From positions 1-64,000 of IMG/VR virus record IMGVR_UViG_3300049846_002076: a stretch of 64,000 nucleotides of DNA. One strand, written 5' to 3'. The DNA comes from a virus. The translations under genes and the position numbers were made by a program. Each line of letters opens with the position of its first letter. Position 1 is the stretch's first letter. A model generated the notes under the pieces. The model saw nothing but the letters and a program-made list of their open reading frames with translations. It did not search any database and was not told the origin of the DNA. Shown here in pieces: positions 62,899 to 64,000 of the stretch.

Positions 62899-64000
62899 TC
62901 AAATCGAGACCCCCGCAATCACGATCTTCCTGACCGGGAAGCGGAATTCGATCGGATAGCCCAGGGCGTCCGCCGAGTGCTCGACCGACTGCTCCTTGTC
63001 GATTTCGCGACCGCCCGGCTTGTAGATGGTCTGCTCGAGCGACTCGATCAGCTTCTTGCACTTGGGGTCGATCCAGAACCGAACCCGCCCGGTCGCATCC
63101 CGAAGCATCCGGTTGACCGCGTTAACCCGGTCGGCCACCGGCGGGTGCTTCTTGCGAAACTGGATCTTCTTGAACCCCCGATCCATGAGGATCTGAACGT
63201 CGGACTCCCCGCGGGCATGCTGGCGATAGGCGCCGGCGGGGTCAGGGTAGATGATGATCTTGTCCTGCCACCGGAAGTAGCGTCGCTCGAGCTCGTCGCA
63301 GACATCCTCAGTCGAGGCGCTTTTCAGGACGATCTCATCGACCGCCCAGACGTCGCCGGTGGGCTGTGGCTGCAGAATCACCGAGCTCATGGGGTCGATG
63401 TTGAAGTCCTGCCCCACCCAGATTTCGAGGTTCGGGTTGAACGGGCGGTCTGCCTGGGCGTGAACCTTCCGGTCGAACGGGTAGTAGACGCGCCCGCTCA
63501 TGGTCTCGAAGCTCGCCTCGAATTCCTGGGCGAAGCTCTTGGGATCCATGTCGAGCCGAGCCTCCTCGATTTCCTTCTCCGCGATGAACGGGGAGGTCAG
63601 GGTGGGGAATTGCCAGCTCTTCCAGCGACCCTTGTCCTGGCTTTCGACCTTCTGCCCCTTCATGTAGAGGTCGTAGAGGAAGTTGTAGCTCTTGGGGGTG
63701 CCGATGAACACCGCATGCCCGCCCGTCGACGCCAGGGTCGGGCGCAGCACCTTCTTCCAGGCTTCGGGGTCGATGTCCTGCACCTCGTCCATGACCAGGA
63801 AGTGAACCCCCACACCCCGCAGGGAGTCGGGATTGTCCGCGCCCTTCAGCTCGATGCGCGTGCCGTTGATGAGCAGGATCGAGAGCGTCGTCTCGTTGAT
63901 CTTCTTGATCCAGCGACGGGGGATCGACTCCATGAGCTCGGGCCACATGATCTGCTTCGCCATGCGGTAGCTCGGGGCGACATACCAGATCAGGCGCTTG
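62899..64000 (-). CDS. terL: Terminase large subunit (N-terminus outside window)
   Basis: IWYVAPSY, LRG...VMDE Walker B, IGTP, GQDFN, H.ADALGY nuclease motifs. Confidence 0.95.
   Translation of the reverse strand, partial: KRLIWYVAPSYRMAKQIMWPELMESIPRRWIKKINETTLSILLINGTRIELKGADNPDSLRGVGVHFLVMDEVQDIDPEAWKKVLRPTLASTGGHAVFIGTPKSYNFLYDLYMKGQKVESQDKGRWKSWQFPTLTSPFIAEKEIEEARLDMDPKSFAQEFEASFETMSGRVYYPFDRKVHAQADRPFNPNLEIWVGQDFNIDPMSSVILQPQPTGDVWAVDEIVLKSASTEDVCDELERRYFRWQDKIIIYPDPAGAYRQHARGESDVQILMDRGFKKIQFRKKHPPVADRVNAVNRMLRDATGRVRFWIDPKCKKLIESLEQTIYKPGGREIDKEQSVEHSADALGYPIEFRFPVRKIVIAGVSI

Larger units (their letters stand above)
1..64000 (-). mobile_element. Segment of a large temperate siphophage / probable phage-plasmid genome
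   Basis: Contiguous terminase-portal-capsid-tail-lysis-replication modules, co-oriented and tightly packed; no host housekeeping operon seen. Confidence 0.93.

Noticed and set aside
1-64000. tRNA/rRNA genes, integrase, transposase, stop-codon recoding
   Set aside because: None recognised; intergenic gaps are short and genes read through in the standard code

Overview
The whole window is part of a large, GC-rich tailed (siphovirus-type) phage genome, read almost entirely on the minus strand. In transcription order (right to left) it holds: terminase, portal, scaffold, major capsid, head-tail joining genes, tail tube, frameshifted tail chaperones, tape measure and a lambda-like M/L/K/J tail tip. 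Next come an unusually large (about 14 kb) modular fibre/adhesin region, a lysis cassette (M15 endolysin, holin, Rz with embedded Rz1) and a separate repeat-fibre cassette. The replication/nucleotide block carries PhoH, Hfq-like, DnaB, primase, ATP-dependent ligase, guanylate-kinase-like, CobS/CobT-like, sigma-like, RNA ligase and a DnaE with a C-terminal UDG-like domain. The gene set resembles SSU5/pHCM2-type phage-plasmids (inference; no rep, par or integrase gene is visible here). The strongest signal outside the ORF track is a 14-bp palindrome, AGTCA-N4-TGACT, found by eye at about 18 sites between genes or at gene boundaries (7 perfect). It nearly always overlaps a sigma70-type promoter, covers both early and late operons, and occurs twice in front of the only plus-strand gene, an HTH protein. 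This suggests a genome-wide single-repressor regulon. Other highlights are a LapG/BTLCP-like protease split into two coupled genes, paired N-terminal anchor domains suggesting a branched fibre system, and a phage Hfq. All calls come from motif recognition by eye; no database search was run.
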